DNA of 63,819 nucleotides, the filler included, from Folioceros fuciformis (lineage: Eukaryota): NCBI GenBank assembly GCA_049999805.1. It is 8 parts of 8 records of this genome, joined end to end, with 100 filler letters (N's around TTAATTAATTAA, not from the genome) between each part and the next. Parts side by side here need not be neighbours in the genome. Positions count along the whole stretch, not along the records: positions 1 to 21,314 come from JBNGIO010003992.1; 7 more parts are not named here. One strand, given 5' to 3'. The translations under genes and the position numbers were made by a program. This document shows, one piece after another, positions 1-14,106 of the stretch; position 1 is the first letter of the stretch, and each line of letters starts with the position of its first letter. The notes under the pieces are model-generated. The model searched no databases. It was not told the DNA's origin and was given only the letters and a program-made list of their open reading frames with translations.

Positions 1-354
1 TTATTGAGTTTGTACTAATTAGTGGTAAGAGTGATTAAGGTTATGATATATATATATATATATAGCTTATTAGACTTTGCTATGTTAGGCAAAAGAAGTA
101 TTGCAGGGTTTGGTTGGGGTCATTTATCCCATATTGGGCACAAAATGAGAGTGCCACCCATAGGTCCATAAAAGAAGGGATGAACCCACTTAGTATATGC
201 AGTCTAACTCCCTCTTCACTTGTATTGTGTTGTTTTTGTAATTCTCCTTTTTATTTTAGTTTAAGAGCCTTGTTATAGTGCTCTTAGTTTTGGGATTCTG
301 CATCTTGCTTCAACTAACTTGTTTTAACCTCCTTTGAGCATGGCGGGGGTGACA

Positions 355-1474
355 TCTCAACAGGGAAGGAGGTGCTCCTTCCACTCCAGCAACGGTGGAT
401 TCGTCCCCCTCACTTTCTGCTGTAGAGCAAAAATCCTCAACTACCCCTAGGAGCGTCTCGCACTCACTGCCTCACCTAGGCCTCTCTAGTCTCGCCATGG
501 ACAGCGCAGGGAATCTTGTTCGGGAGGAGTCTCAAACATTTGCTAATCATTTACCAACAGGCCCCCTTTGTACAGAGTTTCCAAGAGCGGGAGCCACAAC
601 CCGTCATAAAGTCTAGCTTTAAAATAGTCAACTTTAAAAAAAGGTGCTCTTAATGGCAGGGGACACCAGGTCAGAATAGCATCTTACCAAATCTTATGTA
701 AATACTATTTTCAGATGCACCCACTCCTGGCTTACCTCAGCGCCACTCTCTCTCCTCCTATTTATTCTTTTGGCCCACCTTCCCTTGCCACACAAAATCT
801 TCACGCTCTCCCTCCTTGCTGCTGATTGGTTACAGGCTTTCCTTCCATGCTGTTGATTGGACAAATCCTTCTAAAAATATCCACCTCACTCCTCCTGCTG
901 GCTGACCCATCCTAGCTGTCCACTCTTTGCCCTCCAAGGATGCTGGTTGCCTCTTGTCACTCTAGCTGCAATTATTGCTATTCCAGGCCTCTTGGTGCAG
1001 ATAGGGTTTCAGCAACCGTCGTCTTCCTTAGGCAACCAACGTTGTTCCTCCGACTACCTCCGTTGTCGCTCGACTACCAGTAGCCCCTTCGGCTATCGGC
1101 GTTGTCCTTCGGTGATCGTCGTCGAACTTTGGCTACCTGCTGTTGGCGAGTCACAGCATCCATGTTTTCCAGCCTAAGTCCACAACTACCTACTCCCAGG
1201 CCCCTTTCTTATTTCTTATTTTTAGGGGGGGGTGCATATATAGACCTCCTGGTACCCCCCCTCTCTGCCAAAGGCCAAGGACGTCTAGCCACCCCCAGAC
1301 ACTTGGTCTGGCCACCGATTCGCCCAAAGTACCATGGTCCAAGGAAACTTTGGGTATAAATACCCAAGTCTTATTCACAGGCTACGCCGTTTCACTTGCA
1401 CTTCCACAAAAAAAATCAAAATCCACCAAATCTGTCACTCAAAAAGGGGATCGCGAATATTTTTTTCCTCTACA
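355..1474 (-). mobile_element. ORF-less derivative of the B family terminus
   Basis: Ends TTTTTTCCTCTACA at 1474, the reverse complement of TGTAGAGGAAAAAA. About 985-1474 is homologous to 46457-46880. The conserved hairpin motif is at 362-417. The left boundary is unknown. Confidence 0.65.
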
Positions 1475-1639
1475 CATGGTAAGTCATGCAACATCGAACA
1501 GGTGGCCACAAGTGTTCTTAACACAAGACATGAGAAACCCTAAGTTCGTATTCGTTTACAACAGTAGTTGTTATCCGTTTACACTGGTAGTTGTTATCTG
1601 TTTACACGATACTAATAATATTTGTTTAAGGGTACAAGT

Positions 1640-1719
1640 GCAACCTTAGGTGATGCAATTCACAAGGGAAGTGGTGCGCTTGCACCACTTCCCTTGTGAA
1701 TTACATCACCTAAGGTTGC
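1640..1719. repeat. 80-bp near-perfect inverted repeat (38-bp arms, 4-nt loop)
   Basis: GCAACCTTAGGTGATGCAATTCACAAGGGAAGTGGTGC-GCTT-GCACCACTTCCCTTGTGAATTACATCACCTAAGGTTGC, with a single mismatch at 1656/1703. Confidence 0.9.
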
Positions 1720-2419
1720 CCATCTCCACAGCTGCTTAGGCGTCTGCCCACGTGCGCACGCTTTCATGCCTGTCTCCATAGCTGCTTAGGTGTCCGCTCG
1801 TGTGCGCACCCAAACGTAAGCTGAAACTAGAGTTTGAAAGCGAGGGTTTAGAAACCTTGTCTACCGGGTATGAAAAGTTGGGTATGGAATTGGAAAGCCA
1901 GGTATGGAATTGCTATGGCGACGGTAACACAAACTAATGTTGCTATGTCAAGTATGTACATATGAAGTAGTGCACATCAAGTTATCTGTCCACATGGGTC
2001 TGACCGTATTTGCCTTAATGGCCATCGGGCATCGATAGGAAAGCACCACTGACGTCATGAAAGACTCTTCTCTATGAAATTTGGGTATTTTCTCTTGATT
2101 TACCTTAGCAATCTAAGTATATCTTATCTCTAATTATTGAACTCATTACGCTACTTACCTCTAAATTATCAAACTCAATAAGCGGCATCCTTAAGAATAC
2201 TCTTACTTTCCTGAGAATAACGCTATACTATTGTGACTCTTGCTTGCTTGCTTGCTTATGCTTTATCTTAGTGTTCCTCTTGTTTGCTTGCTTGCATATG
2301 CTCTATCTCATGTTATTTGTTTACTCTTGCTTGTGTGCTCTATCTTGATTTTACTCGCGTCTATTCTTACTTGCATGCTTGTCTTGATGTTATTCTTGTT
2401 TACTCTCAATTGCATGCAC

Positions 2420-3180
2420 TACACTAAATATTACTCTCAATTGCATCAACTACACTGAATATTACCCTCAATTGCATGCACTACACTAAATTGCATGCAA
2501 TGCAATAGAGATTTCTCCCATTTGTATGCACACATTGTTATTCTTACTTGCATGCACTGCACTAAAGGTTTGTCCCATTTATTATTTTTCTTACCTTTTC
2601 TTACCTGCGTGCACTGCACTAAAGGTCTCTATCGATTGTTGTTTTTCTTACGAGTATGCACTGCAGTGCACTAAAGGTCTCTATCGATTATTGTTTTTCT
2701 TATTCTTACGTGTATGCACTGCAGTGCTCTAAAGGTACGTGTATGCACAGCAGTGCACTAAAGGTAAAGGTCTCTACCGATTGTTGTTTTGGTCTTGGTC
2801 TCTACCGATTGTTGTNNNNNNNNNNCCGATTGTTGTTTTGGTCTTGGTCTCTACCGATTGTTGTTTTGGTCTCTACCGGTTGTTGTTTTGGTCTCTACTG
2901 ATTGTTGTTTTTCTTACATGTATGCACTGCAGTGCACTAAAGGTCTCTACCGATTGTTGATTTTCTTACTTGTATGCACTGTACTAAAGGTCTCTGCCGA
3001 TTTTCTTGTATGCACTGCACTAAAGGTCTCTACCTATTGTTGTTTCTCTTACTTGCATGCATTGAAATGAAGGTTTCTCTGGGTTGTTATTTTTCTTACC
3101 TACACACATTTTTCTTACCTACATGCACTGCACTAAAGGTCTCTCCCGTTTGCATGCACCCATTATTATTCTTGCTTATC
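2420..3180. repeat. Degenerate minisatellite (about 45-50 bp unit, with about 21-bp subunits) downstream of ARIA
   Basis: Repeats of TGCACTGCACTAAAGGTCTCTACCGATTGTTGTTTTTCTTAC. Confidence 0.85.
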
Positions 3181-3704
3181 ACTATCTATGTTACTCCAGC
3201 TGCATACACTACGTCTTACTTCCCCTTGCATACACTTTGAAATTACTCATGCTTGCATACATTCTCTATTACTCAAAGCTAAACACTAGTAACATTAATT
3301 TTCAGATGACTTAAATCCCCCCCAACCCAAATGGGATAGCTATTACGGTCTTGTGAGGACACATAGTTTTTTCTCTCGCGACTCCAAACATTTTGAGATT
3401 GCATTAGCTCTTACTTGTAAAAGGCGTCGTCCACCAGTTGAACTTGATCAAGACCAAGTGCGAAAACACAAGGAGATCCCGCTTCACAAGAAAAGTTCAG
3501 CACCTTCTCCATTATCCAAACCGAAGTGCCCAGGAACACCCTCACAGAATCTGTTGATTTCATCCTACTGTTTCTAGAACAATCGATATTAAAAAGCCAA
3601 GCCACAACAACAGGCTACTACTGCGTGAAAAAAGCTGTTACAGTCTCATGACACCCGCAGATGCTGCTTGAAGCAAGTCTGGAGTGGAGGAGGAAAACTG
3701 AGGA

Positions 3705-6700
3705 TCAAGAAGAAGGTTGCGGCCTCAGAACCCGCAGAAAGTAGTCATGGATCTCAGGAATGATGCGCTGGACCAGGGACGCATACCTTCAACCAAGCAT
3801 GAAACCATGTCAGTTCCAAGCTCACACTTTTGACACGGTCAAGCTTTGCAAGTTGCGTTGCCAGAAAACGCAGCTAACCACAACGTAATTTACCCTGTCA
3901 CGGTACACATTTGATCGTGATGCTCCAAAATAAACAGAACACATATTTGCCTTAATGACGCAGCGTGATACGCTTCAGCTAAATCGAAGATAACGGATAC
4001 ATTCTCAACAGTAAGATCCTGCACCGATGAGGATAGCTAAGCGTAGTCGCTTGTACAAAGAAGCAACCATACAAGACATACAACAGCTCAACACAGACAT
4101 CATACCTGAGCTATCGCATACTCACAGAGTCGCTTCAAGCCCTCAAGAAGGTACTGATCTGCAGCCCGAAGTAGATCTTGGGCAATGTCTGCAGTTACTT
4201 CTACCGTGCCGGTATAGATGCACCTGCAGGGAAACGCTGAGTATACCTGGCAGCAGAGAATGTGGCAGAGAGGCACATTTGAATTGCTGCTGCTGCTCTT
4301 CCCTTCAAACTGCTGTACCTCATCATCAACTCAAACACCTTCCAGCTGATGTTTGGAATTTCAATATCTTGAGCTTCCTTCTCCTGTAGAAAAGGAAACT
4401 TGAGTTAGCGCAGAAACTCAGTTAATTTGCTGAGGTGTCACACCGTCGCCCTTTCGGGTGATATCTAGAATGAATGATGTTTCTAATCAGCATTGTACCA
4501 AACACAATGTCTGCACCATTCTTGATTCACGGACACAGAAGTTGAATGGTGACTGCTTTTAGCCAAAGCAATCCTTCTGTCACATCTCATCTTGACCTCT
4601 GCCTAGTTTGCAGCAAGTAATATAGCAGTGGTAGTGTGTACTCTGTATCCTCCATCAAACATAGCACGAAAAGCATCAGAAGATGCAAGCAGGGCAATCC
4701 GATGTGCATAGAACCGATTCCCTGCGGATAGTTCACATGTGAGACAATAATTAGGAAGAGAAAATTAAGGAGAGAGCGCAAAACGACAGGACAGCACACC
4801 TTCGACAAGAAATGTGACATCCGACAGAGTGCTGTTGTTCACGTACTGCTCCCCAAGGTATACCTGATCTCACGGAAAGCAAGAAGACCTTTTAGACTGT
4901 GTCTACACTTCATGACTTCCTTATTGGATGGATGGATAGCTATACAAAGTAGATAAAAACCACCTGAGGTGTAGGTGGTGGAGGAGCCGCGTCGATAGGA
5001 GACAAAGCTGCAGCCTTGGTGGCCAAGGTGTGCAGTGCAACAGCTCCATCACGTTGTTGTTTGGAGCTCCCAAAAGCATTCAGCATCTCCAACAGCACTT
5101 CCATGCCTGCAGAGACCATGACTCTGAACAATCATTTCGAGGGATTGTGCACTGCCTAAGAGGTGGGATGGTCCAACAGAAACACCTGGACATAGCAGCA
5201 AATCGGGCCCAAGACACTTATGTGGGCCCACCAGGATTTTCAATAAATATAGTCCGTTGATCTTCTGGTGCACAAAGATGTGCCAGTGTCGTGGCAACCC
5301 GTCGCTGAACTATCTTGTCTGACTGGCGCATAAGGTACAATAAATGCTTCAGGACCTGCACAACTGAGTCAGCCTCTTTAGAGGACGGACTGATAGCTCT
5401 AGATTCGTTAGCACACAATGTACCAAGAGCAAGTGCATACTCTCCCATGTATCTTCTCCTCCAACCTCTTCAATGTCTTCTGAACACAGTCCTTTGAAGC
5501 CTGTCATGCACGGAGCCAGAAACATCCTAGTTGACCCACAAAGTGCTTGAGAGCGCAATCGGATATACACGCATGTTAACACTCCCCAGTAATATTTGAT
5601 TTTGTCACCAATGTGGTTGATTCGCCTAATTTCCAGTCAGTAAAATAGCAAATACCTGAACAATCAGATCACCATCTTGTAATCTCTGTACACCACCTTC
5701 TCTAACGATGTCTGACACATTATCCTGATAGTAAACACATTTTCAACCGCTGAACCAAATTTGCAGGTCTTCTGAACAAAATGCTTTAGACAACTGCTGG
5801 CGCCTTACGGACTCAACACCTTTACTTAAAGCATACAGAACACTAGAGAAGACGTCAGTCTCATGACATAGTTCAAATGACTAACACATGAAGAAGTCAA
5901 ACTCCACCTCATTATCTGCAAGACCATAGAGTGCAAAAGCAGCATTGTGCTGTAGAGAACCGTTCTTTGCATCCAGAAGTTCCAGCAAGGGTCTGAGGCC
6001 GCCGTCATGTACGATCCCCGCCTGATTGTGGGTGTTCTGCTGAGGCTAGAATGAGAATTAGACCACCAATAGCAGTAAACTTAAAAAACTCTACATACTG
6101 AATCCACAAAGGCCAACCTGAGCCAACCGACCAAGCGCAAATGCTGCCATCTCACGAAGCTGGGGATCTGACGCCTCCAGCATCCGAATGAGTGGCCTCA
6201 CAGCACCCCGCTGAACTATATGAACCTTTAGCAGACACCAATTGGCAACATCAACACATCGAGAAAAACTGTGTTATGCAACGACGCTAAAGCTCGTCAG
6301 ATAAGCATATAGCATGTGACAATGAGCCAAGTTAACAGGACCCAACCATGAATTCTTACAGAAAATTGAATGTTCACAGTAAGTCAAAACAGCCAACAAA
6401 GACCTGACTTGGGCTAACTGGTGAAGACTAGAGAGACGCCAAAAGCTTGCAATCACTCTGCAACAATATATCAATTGACACAGAACAGGTAGTTGAGAGA
6501 TACCAACCAATACCTTGCATTCTGCATCTGTTGTTGCAAACTGACCCAGCAAAAGAGCAGCCTCTCTTTGACTTTCTTGGCACCTAGAGCTGCAGAGGCA
6601 ACCTTCCATGATCAACACTGTGGGCTGGAAATATAGTCCAGAAGGAGGTGAACTGAGGCAGAAGGCCCTTGTAGCTAAACCAACACATCAAGGCACTATA

Positions 6701-9033
6701 CTACAAAGAAAGACCGTCCAGTCACAACGCACTCTACGAAATTTAGCTTAAATGTATGGACAGATGAACCTAAGAAGCCCAATGACTGGCTGGAGAGCTC
6801 CTGCAAGAAGAACCTCTTTCTTGATGTTCCCTGAAGAATGCACGAGGTTCCCGATAACCCCAACCTGGCAGAACAAACCAAAACAGTGCATTAACCAGTG
6901 AAATTGATATACAACTGGCATGTTTCCAGGGTAAGTAAACTCCCATGGAAATCCTGCTTCAAGTGTGCTAAAATCTTACCAATGTGATAAACTCCGCCCT
7001 TTGGGACATTGACAAAAGCAACTACATACTACTCATTTCCACCTAGAGAACGGGGCAACTTACTGCCTCATAGTGAATCCCAGTGTCCTCAGACCGTAAC
7101 ATGAAGATTAGTGTCGGCAGAGCATTTTGTTCAACAATCTGCCAAAACTTTACAGATATAACATCATCCTAGACTTAGCACTAGACTCCATGTGTCTTGC
7201 GCAAGATAAAATAAATACCTCGAAACAGTGCATCAATCCTGACCTGATTTTTATTTGCCTCGTTTTTGAATGCCAATGTGCGTAATGCACCTGCAGCTGC
7301 CCGTTGTACTTTGCTATCTGCAGATTCCAACAGCTCAACGAGCGGGGGAATCCCTCCCTCAGTTCTGAGCTCAACCCAGGCAAGTATTCTTAGTCAGGGA
7401 GCAAATACTGCACCAAGCCATTGGCCTGAAGAAACGATGCAAAACAGCAATACTAATTTGCACGACGTATACACATCACATCACAATACATTGATGCATG
7501 TCAGAAACATCTTGTAGGCAACCTAGCTTTAATATAAACAGGCAAAACTGACACAAAGTCCGACCTGAGAAAAACACTGCAAAATGAGATACCTCACTCG
7601 ACTTTTAATACTGAAGTTCTCATGGGCTAGATTTGTCAAAGCATCTGCTGCTCGACGGACAACACCATTAATCAAACGGACAGCAGTGCCACTTCCACGC
7701 CTCTGTAACAGAGCGACCAGAGATGGCAGTGCACCCGCATCTGCAATCTGTCGTTGATGCTCAGGCTGTCCATCCACAAACTTGCTTCAGATATGTGGAT
7801 CAACAAGTATGTCGCTAAAGATCGGCCAGTCAATAAATGGAATGAAGCCACTGACCGTGACCAGAACTTCATGCAAGGCACATCCTCTACGCACAACCTC
7901 ATGTTGAACTCACCTTCACAGCAAGAAGCCCAAGTGCAAATGCAGCATCTTTCTCAACCTCGTGCTCACATGCAACTGGCCCTTCCCCGTCACATAAAGT
8001 CGGGGCACAAAGATGTGGTACCAGAGCACCCACTGCGCCTTGGTTCACAATCGTATCCACATGTTCTTCTGCAAGATCCCAACAACAAGAAAATTCTGGT
8101 TTTCCAATCATGCCCCTTTCTATATCCGGTGAAACCAGGTTAAATACATCGGACAGCCCCAGTTTAGCACCGCATGTTCTCATAAAACAAAAGCGACGAA
8201 CACGCCTGACAAACTACATACTTTGACATCAGGAGTAGAAGCTGTGTCTACAGCCATAGAACATCGAAGAAAGTTATATCTGACGATCTAGGTGAACCAG
8301 CAACACCGTTATCCGACACCAGGACTTGGCCTGACACCCATGGACGAACAGGTACACCTGCTCGGGTCTATATTGCACTGTGCACACCTTGTAGCCTGAG
8401 GGGGGTTGCACCGATAAATATAACTTTAGCCTCGAGAAGAGGATCAGGTACAAAGAAATTCAGCAAAGGTGTAGTGTATAATTCGGGGGAAGGGAGGGGG
8501 GTAATTGTGCAACTCGCGTCTGCGGGTCTGATTGTGTGTAGCTCACACAGGCTCTATGCTTACCTGAGCCATACAGTCGGGCCTGATGCTGTTCCTTTGC
8601 ATTGAGATTATCGTTTCGGACAACTGAGTAACATCTAGGGGCTCTACGTTACACTCAACAAGGATTACACCCGCTAACATTAGGCGTCTAGGTTAAAAAC
8701 AGCAACAAGAGAGTCCAGCTTGGAGTCAACAGGAAAATCTCCACAAAGGAAGGTCCACCATCGAAACACATAAGAAAACTCACCATGCTTCGCTAGCTCA
8801 GCAAGCGTATGGGCAGCTCGCCTTGACGCAATACGGTCACTTTCACACCAGGAATTGCACGATCGTAGAATCTCAACTTGCGTACGCACATTTTCAATCA
8901 GCGGGTCAGACTGTCCATCAAGAGTGGCTAGAAGACCTAGAGAAGTTTCCGCCAGCTTCCTCTTGTGCCCCTTCCTTTCGCTGCCAGCCAAAGACTTGGT
9001 ATCCATACGCTCAGCGAGGGGTCTTGCCTCCAT
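3705..9033 (-). CDS. ARIA: ARIA/ABAP1-family protein (armadillo repeats plus C-terminal BTB/POZ domain), 19 exons, 703 aa
   Basis: Spliced by hand; all introns are GT-AG and the frame stays open. Exons on minus strand: 9033-8784, 8068-7914, 7765-7593, 7364-7244, 7138-7064, 6864-6770, 6589-6514, 6225-6118, 6036-5908, 5724-5656, 5500-5441, 5355-5232, 5106-4964, 4863-4800, 4721-4642, 4383-4319, 4223-4106, 4018-3894, 3786-3705 (2112 nt including TGA). Diagnostic peptides: ERKGHKRKL, EHEVEKDAAFALGLLAVKPEHQ, GGIPPLVELL..KVQRAAAGALRTLAFKN, VYLGEQYVNNSTLSDVTFLVEG.RFYAHRIALLASSDAFRAMFDGGYREK, and the end LVQRIIPEIHDYF. The start could instead be the second Met at 9006. Confidence 0.95.
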
Positions 9034-9477
9034 ACATGCAACAACTGAACTGCAGACTGAGTCAACAAACAAAACTTCTAATCGAGAGCTGCCGTCTGCT
9101 CCTTAACACGGGAAAGCCCGAACTCCAAACCCGCCACCAGTTCGGCATCACATTTCCGTATCAGCAGAAATATGTAAGCACATACAAAAACCTCGAAAGT
9201 CAAAAGCATCCAATTCAGGGCACAGAGTTAGCAGCCAAAAAACGATCTAGGCAGAGTTAAACTGGACAGTCTCTCGTTGCCGGTTACTCGGGTCCTCAAC
9301 TTTCATTTTACCCAGTTATTATAATTAATTTATAATATTTATATTTAATATTATGAGCAAAAGAACCATTGAAATAAAATTACGAAAATAAAGTGAATGT
9401 ACTATGAATGAGTGGAGTTGTTGAAACCACTTACAATCTTAAAAGAACTATTAGAGATAAGTGGTATGCTCTACTTT

Positions 9478-9615
9478 AGCTTGGCATGTCGTCATAATGG
9501 GGTATGATGGACTTTAGTTGTGCAATTTGTAACAACTCCCTATTAGTTTTTAAGATCCGGCTATGGAGGTGAACCCTTCCTCTTTGGGTCCTCAAGGGGT
9601 TCCTCCATAGACCTC
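9478..9615 (-). mobile_element. Small relic of the C-family ORF upstream of ARIA
   Basis: RVHLHSRILKTNRELLQIAQLKSIIPHYDD matches RVHLHSKILKTNQELLKIAKRKAIEPHEDD at about 16590-16680. Confidence 0.65.
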
Positions 9616-11769
9616 CCTCTCCATCACCAGCTTTCCAATTTGGAGGTTGAGATTTATGTTTATTGGCTTTGTAATCTTGAGGTTGAGATTTATGTTTTCC
9701 CATGAAGGAGCCGCAACTTGAGTGAGCAGTAGGAATTGAAACAATGCTTCTTCATCACTAGAATGCTATGAACTCAAATGGCATCCTACAATTCTAAAGA
9801 CTTCCTCTAACTTAGCATCTCTAACATTTTCTATTGAGAGAGTAGGGTCCTCTCTTTGAAGTAGGCACTAGAATTTTGCGTCCTTTCCTCTCCCTTTCTT
9901 TCACGAAGTTGTGCAAGACACTTCCGCAACACAACGCTTTTCATAAACTAGAACATATGGATATGAATGTGGTTACCATTACTTTAGGTCACATCTAGTT
10001 ATGGAAGCCGATAGTAAGAGATAGTCAAACAAAAGGGTATGATTGTTCATTAAGGTTGCAACCTTAGGTGAATAGGTGTGTCATTTAGTTTTAGTTATAA
10101 ACAGTATAGGTGTTTTGAAAACTATCTTTAATTTAATTATATTATTCTTTAGATATAAATGTTTTTTTATTTTCTAATGATTAATTAATTTTCATAACAC
10201 CTAAATTTTAGATAGGATGAGAGCAGGTTATGCATATTGCATCTAGATAGATGTGCATTACTTTTGTGCACGAGAAGATACGCATAATTTGTTTTTGTGT
10301 TTCTTGGTTTTTATAAAAGTCAAGAGAATAAAAATGAAAATATATATATATATCTTGTGTTGTTTTAACAATTTTTTATCTTATGTAGAATCAAACAAGA
10401 GTTCAAGTGTATTTTAGTCCAAGTGCTTCCCTCGCAATTCAATTGACATATATTGGGAAACATAGAAAACACAAAACATAGCCAAAGGAGTGAGGAGTCT
10501 TTGCTTACGCAAGAAAATCCAAGCCAACTAGCCAATGTTTTTTCAGGCTTGGACAATTATGATTCTTGGCAATTTGAGGCTGAGGGGAAGGAGTTGGTTC
10601 ATCTAAGCTTTGTCAGCACGAAGCGCTCGCACCACACGAAGCACAAACTCTCGATTCCATCTCTGAACGTTCAGCACTAATAGTAACAAGTGTACATGTG
10701 GATCCTAGTGAAATGGTCAGCTGTGATGTGTCTGCTCCAAGCGGTTATTCCCTGTTGACGAATTTGCCATTGGAGCGACATGTGGCTCAAAGTACCTTTG
10801 TTTCTCGGACATGTGAGTTGGAAGCTCAGACACCAGGGACTACCCATGAGGATGATTTAGGAAGCATACCTAGGAATGGTACCACACCCAGCAATGAGGC
10901 AGTTTTTTGATTTGTGGTATGTGAAGAATCTCTTCTAGCAGGCATGGAGCTCTTACGAGAATGAAGTTTCCAAGCTATAGGGGAACAAACAACTCCCTGG
11001 CAAGCTAGAAAGGTGGGGGGCGACGAGGTTCCTCACCTAGTGATGTGGCTGAAGATTGCTAAACAATTGACTCTAAGCAAAGAGCCATAGGCAGTAACCT
11101 CGACGAGCCTTACTTCGGTCCAAAAAGTTCGACATCACCCCGTATCCTTAGCTACCAAGCCCAAGGCAAGCTTCAAGTGAGAAACTCAGTTAGCTCACGC
11201 TCTCATACCAAACGAGAGTGTGCGGACTTAGCATTAGAGGGCGGTAAGTGCTAGATGCCCTGATTCCGGATGGAATGCAAGCGTGATGTGGAGCTCAAGA
11301 CCCCAAAACCCTAAGAACCCTTACTGAGTAGCCACACCCACTGTCGTTGTAGGCTTCCTCGGTCCATCCCTGTGAGCGAGCTGCTGCTTAAGGTGGCAGA
11401 AACTACTAGCACCACTGATGAGATACCTGGAGTGAAGGACAAGACTAACAATCTCCTCAAGATGAAGGATTGAATCCTTCAAAAATCAGCACAGGAATGG
11501 CTCCTCAACCAAGTCTAGAAACACCACTCTAGGCTCCTTCACAACACCAGAAATCCACACAAAGATGAGCAATCTCAGCTCATCTTATACTCTTATCCTG
11601 TCATCTATTCTAGGCTAGGTACCTAAGCCCTGATGGCATAATTAAAGCAAACCAAGAAGCGATCTGGTAAGTATCTCATCTAACTACAAAGCAATAAGCT
11701 ATTTTCTATCTTTAGATATTTAATTGTCACTCACAGCCGAGCTATCCTCCTCATCTATCTGGTGCACAG

Positions 11770-13377
11770 ACAAACCCTAGCCTTTCATGGCTGCCCTCCA
11801 ACTAATCTCCTTGTTGTTGTCTCTTGGGGTTTTGCAAAGGTGAGGGGCTAATTTCTTCAGAAAAAAGGGCGCCTCACCCCCTTGGATACCATTGTAGGAG
11901 GCTTGGATTGGCCTGAATCACTTTGCAGAGGAAGGTCCTTCGCCCCTTGAGCCTCCAAGACAATCGGAAGCACTAGTTGGCTATCTTTCTTCAAGTCCTG
12001 ATCCTCTCCTACCAAACACGTAGGGTCACTATTGGTGCATGTAGGCTTGCTCTTTGTCTGCACAATTTTGCCCTCTTCTGCCTCTTGCACCTCTTCTCAC
12101 TCTTTTTTCTCCTCTACGATAGGTTGTCCTTCCTCCATCTGTCCCCCTCTATCATTCATAAGCTTACTCCCCTCTTTATCTGTAGGTGGTTCAACAACAA
12201 GTCCCTCCCACAGCTGCAAGCCTGCCAGATCATAAGATGTTTCTATGGCTTCTCTTCTTCTTCTTCTTGCTCAGGTACTTCCTCCCACTCAAAATCTTCA
12301 CCATCCATGTCAATGTCTTCTTTCCATTTTGACAAGGGAGGGATGGCTTTCTTTAGTTCAGCTTGGTCATCATCATGAGGCTCAATGGCCTTCCTCTTGG
12401 AAATCCTCAACTCTTCTGATTGGTTTTCAACACTTTGCTGTGTAGGTGAACCCTCTCTTCCTCTAAGGTCCTCTCCAACTCTTCCAAGTCCACGGGGTCC
12501 CTTGCCACTTCTCCTTTAAGTCTTGTCATTTTGTCCAACGTGGGTTGTCTTGATAGCTAGCATTGGCCATCTTATACAGGTAGTAGCCAATTTCCCAAAA
12601 CATCGAAGCCTAAGGACTCAACCTCTCCTGCACAAACCAAGAAATTAGTCCTCTTGCACTCCTTGGCCTTCGACATCTTCATTGCATATGTAAAGAGCTC
12701 GCCCCTCCAGCAACAAGACACCTTGCCTTTCAGTCAATCTCCAAAAGAATTAAGGTAAGCAAATAGTAGTCCTATGCTGAACAACCTACATAAGAGAAGA
12801 GTTCGTTGGTGATGGCACCCACCGCAAAAGGTACTGGCCACACATGCATACTCCCCAACGTTTTACTCCCGCTATGCATGCTCACACGTGTTCAAAATCT
12901 TCTATGATCTCCTTAAGTCCGTGATAACCTTTCGTTGTCTGACCTACCTGCCGCATAGGCTTATTATCCACGAATACTTCACAGATAGCTAATGCTTATT
13001 ATCCTGTTAGATCTAGGATTTTATTTTCCTACTAACACACAAGACTGACACACACACTACTCACAAAAAGACACTCTGAATAGGTAGTCGTAGGTCAACC
13101 TACCAAAATCAGACCAATTGTCTTAACAATTTCATTCCTTCATACATGAATACTAAAATAATCGATCAAAAACTGGTTAGACATTGACTCCTCAAACCTA
13201 TGAGACGTGTGGGTATGATTGACATGTAAGTTGACCACCAAAGAACACAAAACACAAAACAAGACTCAAATAGACAGAAAGGAGAAAAGAAGGAACAAAC
13301 CAAACCACTCTTTGGACAAAACACTCAAAACAACAAAATAGGAGCCCATCCCGTATCCCAAAATTTCGCATTCCACA
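11770..13377 (-). mobile_element. Inverted, internally deleted copy of element C (C')
   Basis: Ends ...CGCATTCCACA at 13377, the reverse complement of the C left terminus. 12560-13377 matches 14107-14840 and 11770-12520 matches 16540-17270, so about 1.7 kb of the ORF is missing. The left boundary is uncertain. Confidence 0.7.
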
Positions 13378-14106
13378 CATGACCAAAGGGAAAAGACACT
13401 TACCCTTAGAGACAATCAACAAAAAGCCTCTATGCCAAGACCAAGCTACAGTAGTGGCTGTGAGGAGAGCCTTAAAGAAGGTGGTGCAACAAATTTCCTT
13501 TGTGGTCACCTCTCCAGAAGGGAGAAAGCTTAAAGGGGTTGCTTCGATAGGCGTTCGTTGTGTCCAGGTTGCGATAAGACGTGTGATGAAACCCAAGACG
13601 CTAGAAATGGACAACATGCACTAACTCCTTACAAACTGGGGCCTTGGAGGTAGGCAGCATGCGCAAATTGATCAGTGAAGAATGCCCAAGCATTGCCACA
13701 AGGTCTAATGTGCTTTCCAGCCAGTTGAGGAGGTATTCTCCACACCCTATGCTGATGAAGAAAGTGAAACAGATTGGAATGAAGTAATGGTGGATCTCCA
13801 CAATGACGAGGATTTGGAGGATTTTGCATTAAGGGTCGGCCTCACTCACTCGTAGTTCAGCGAGACTATGCCAAAAGGTAGTTGAGCGTCAGATAGTTAA
13901 TAGCTCATGCTCCTCCATAGGACTACCTAGTCCTCGTTCTTCTAAGTCATACAACTAGAAATCATGCTAGAAGATCTAGATAGATGGGTCTAGACTACAC
14001 TCAAACACTTTGAGAGGGGTAACCACCTATGTCTCATCTCCTAGAATGTTCAAGGGCTGGGAGGCTGGTCTAAGGCAGCGTCCAAGTGCAGAAGACTAAA
14101 GCATCT

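Noticed and set aside
2420-3180. CRISPR-like appearance of the repeat arrays (also 27868-28172 and 42931-43060)
   Set aside because: No unique spacers, degenerate tandem units, no cas genes, and a eukaryotic context.
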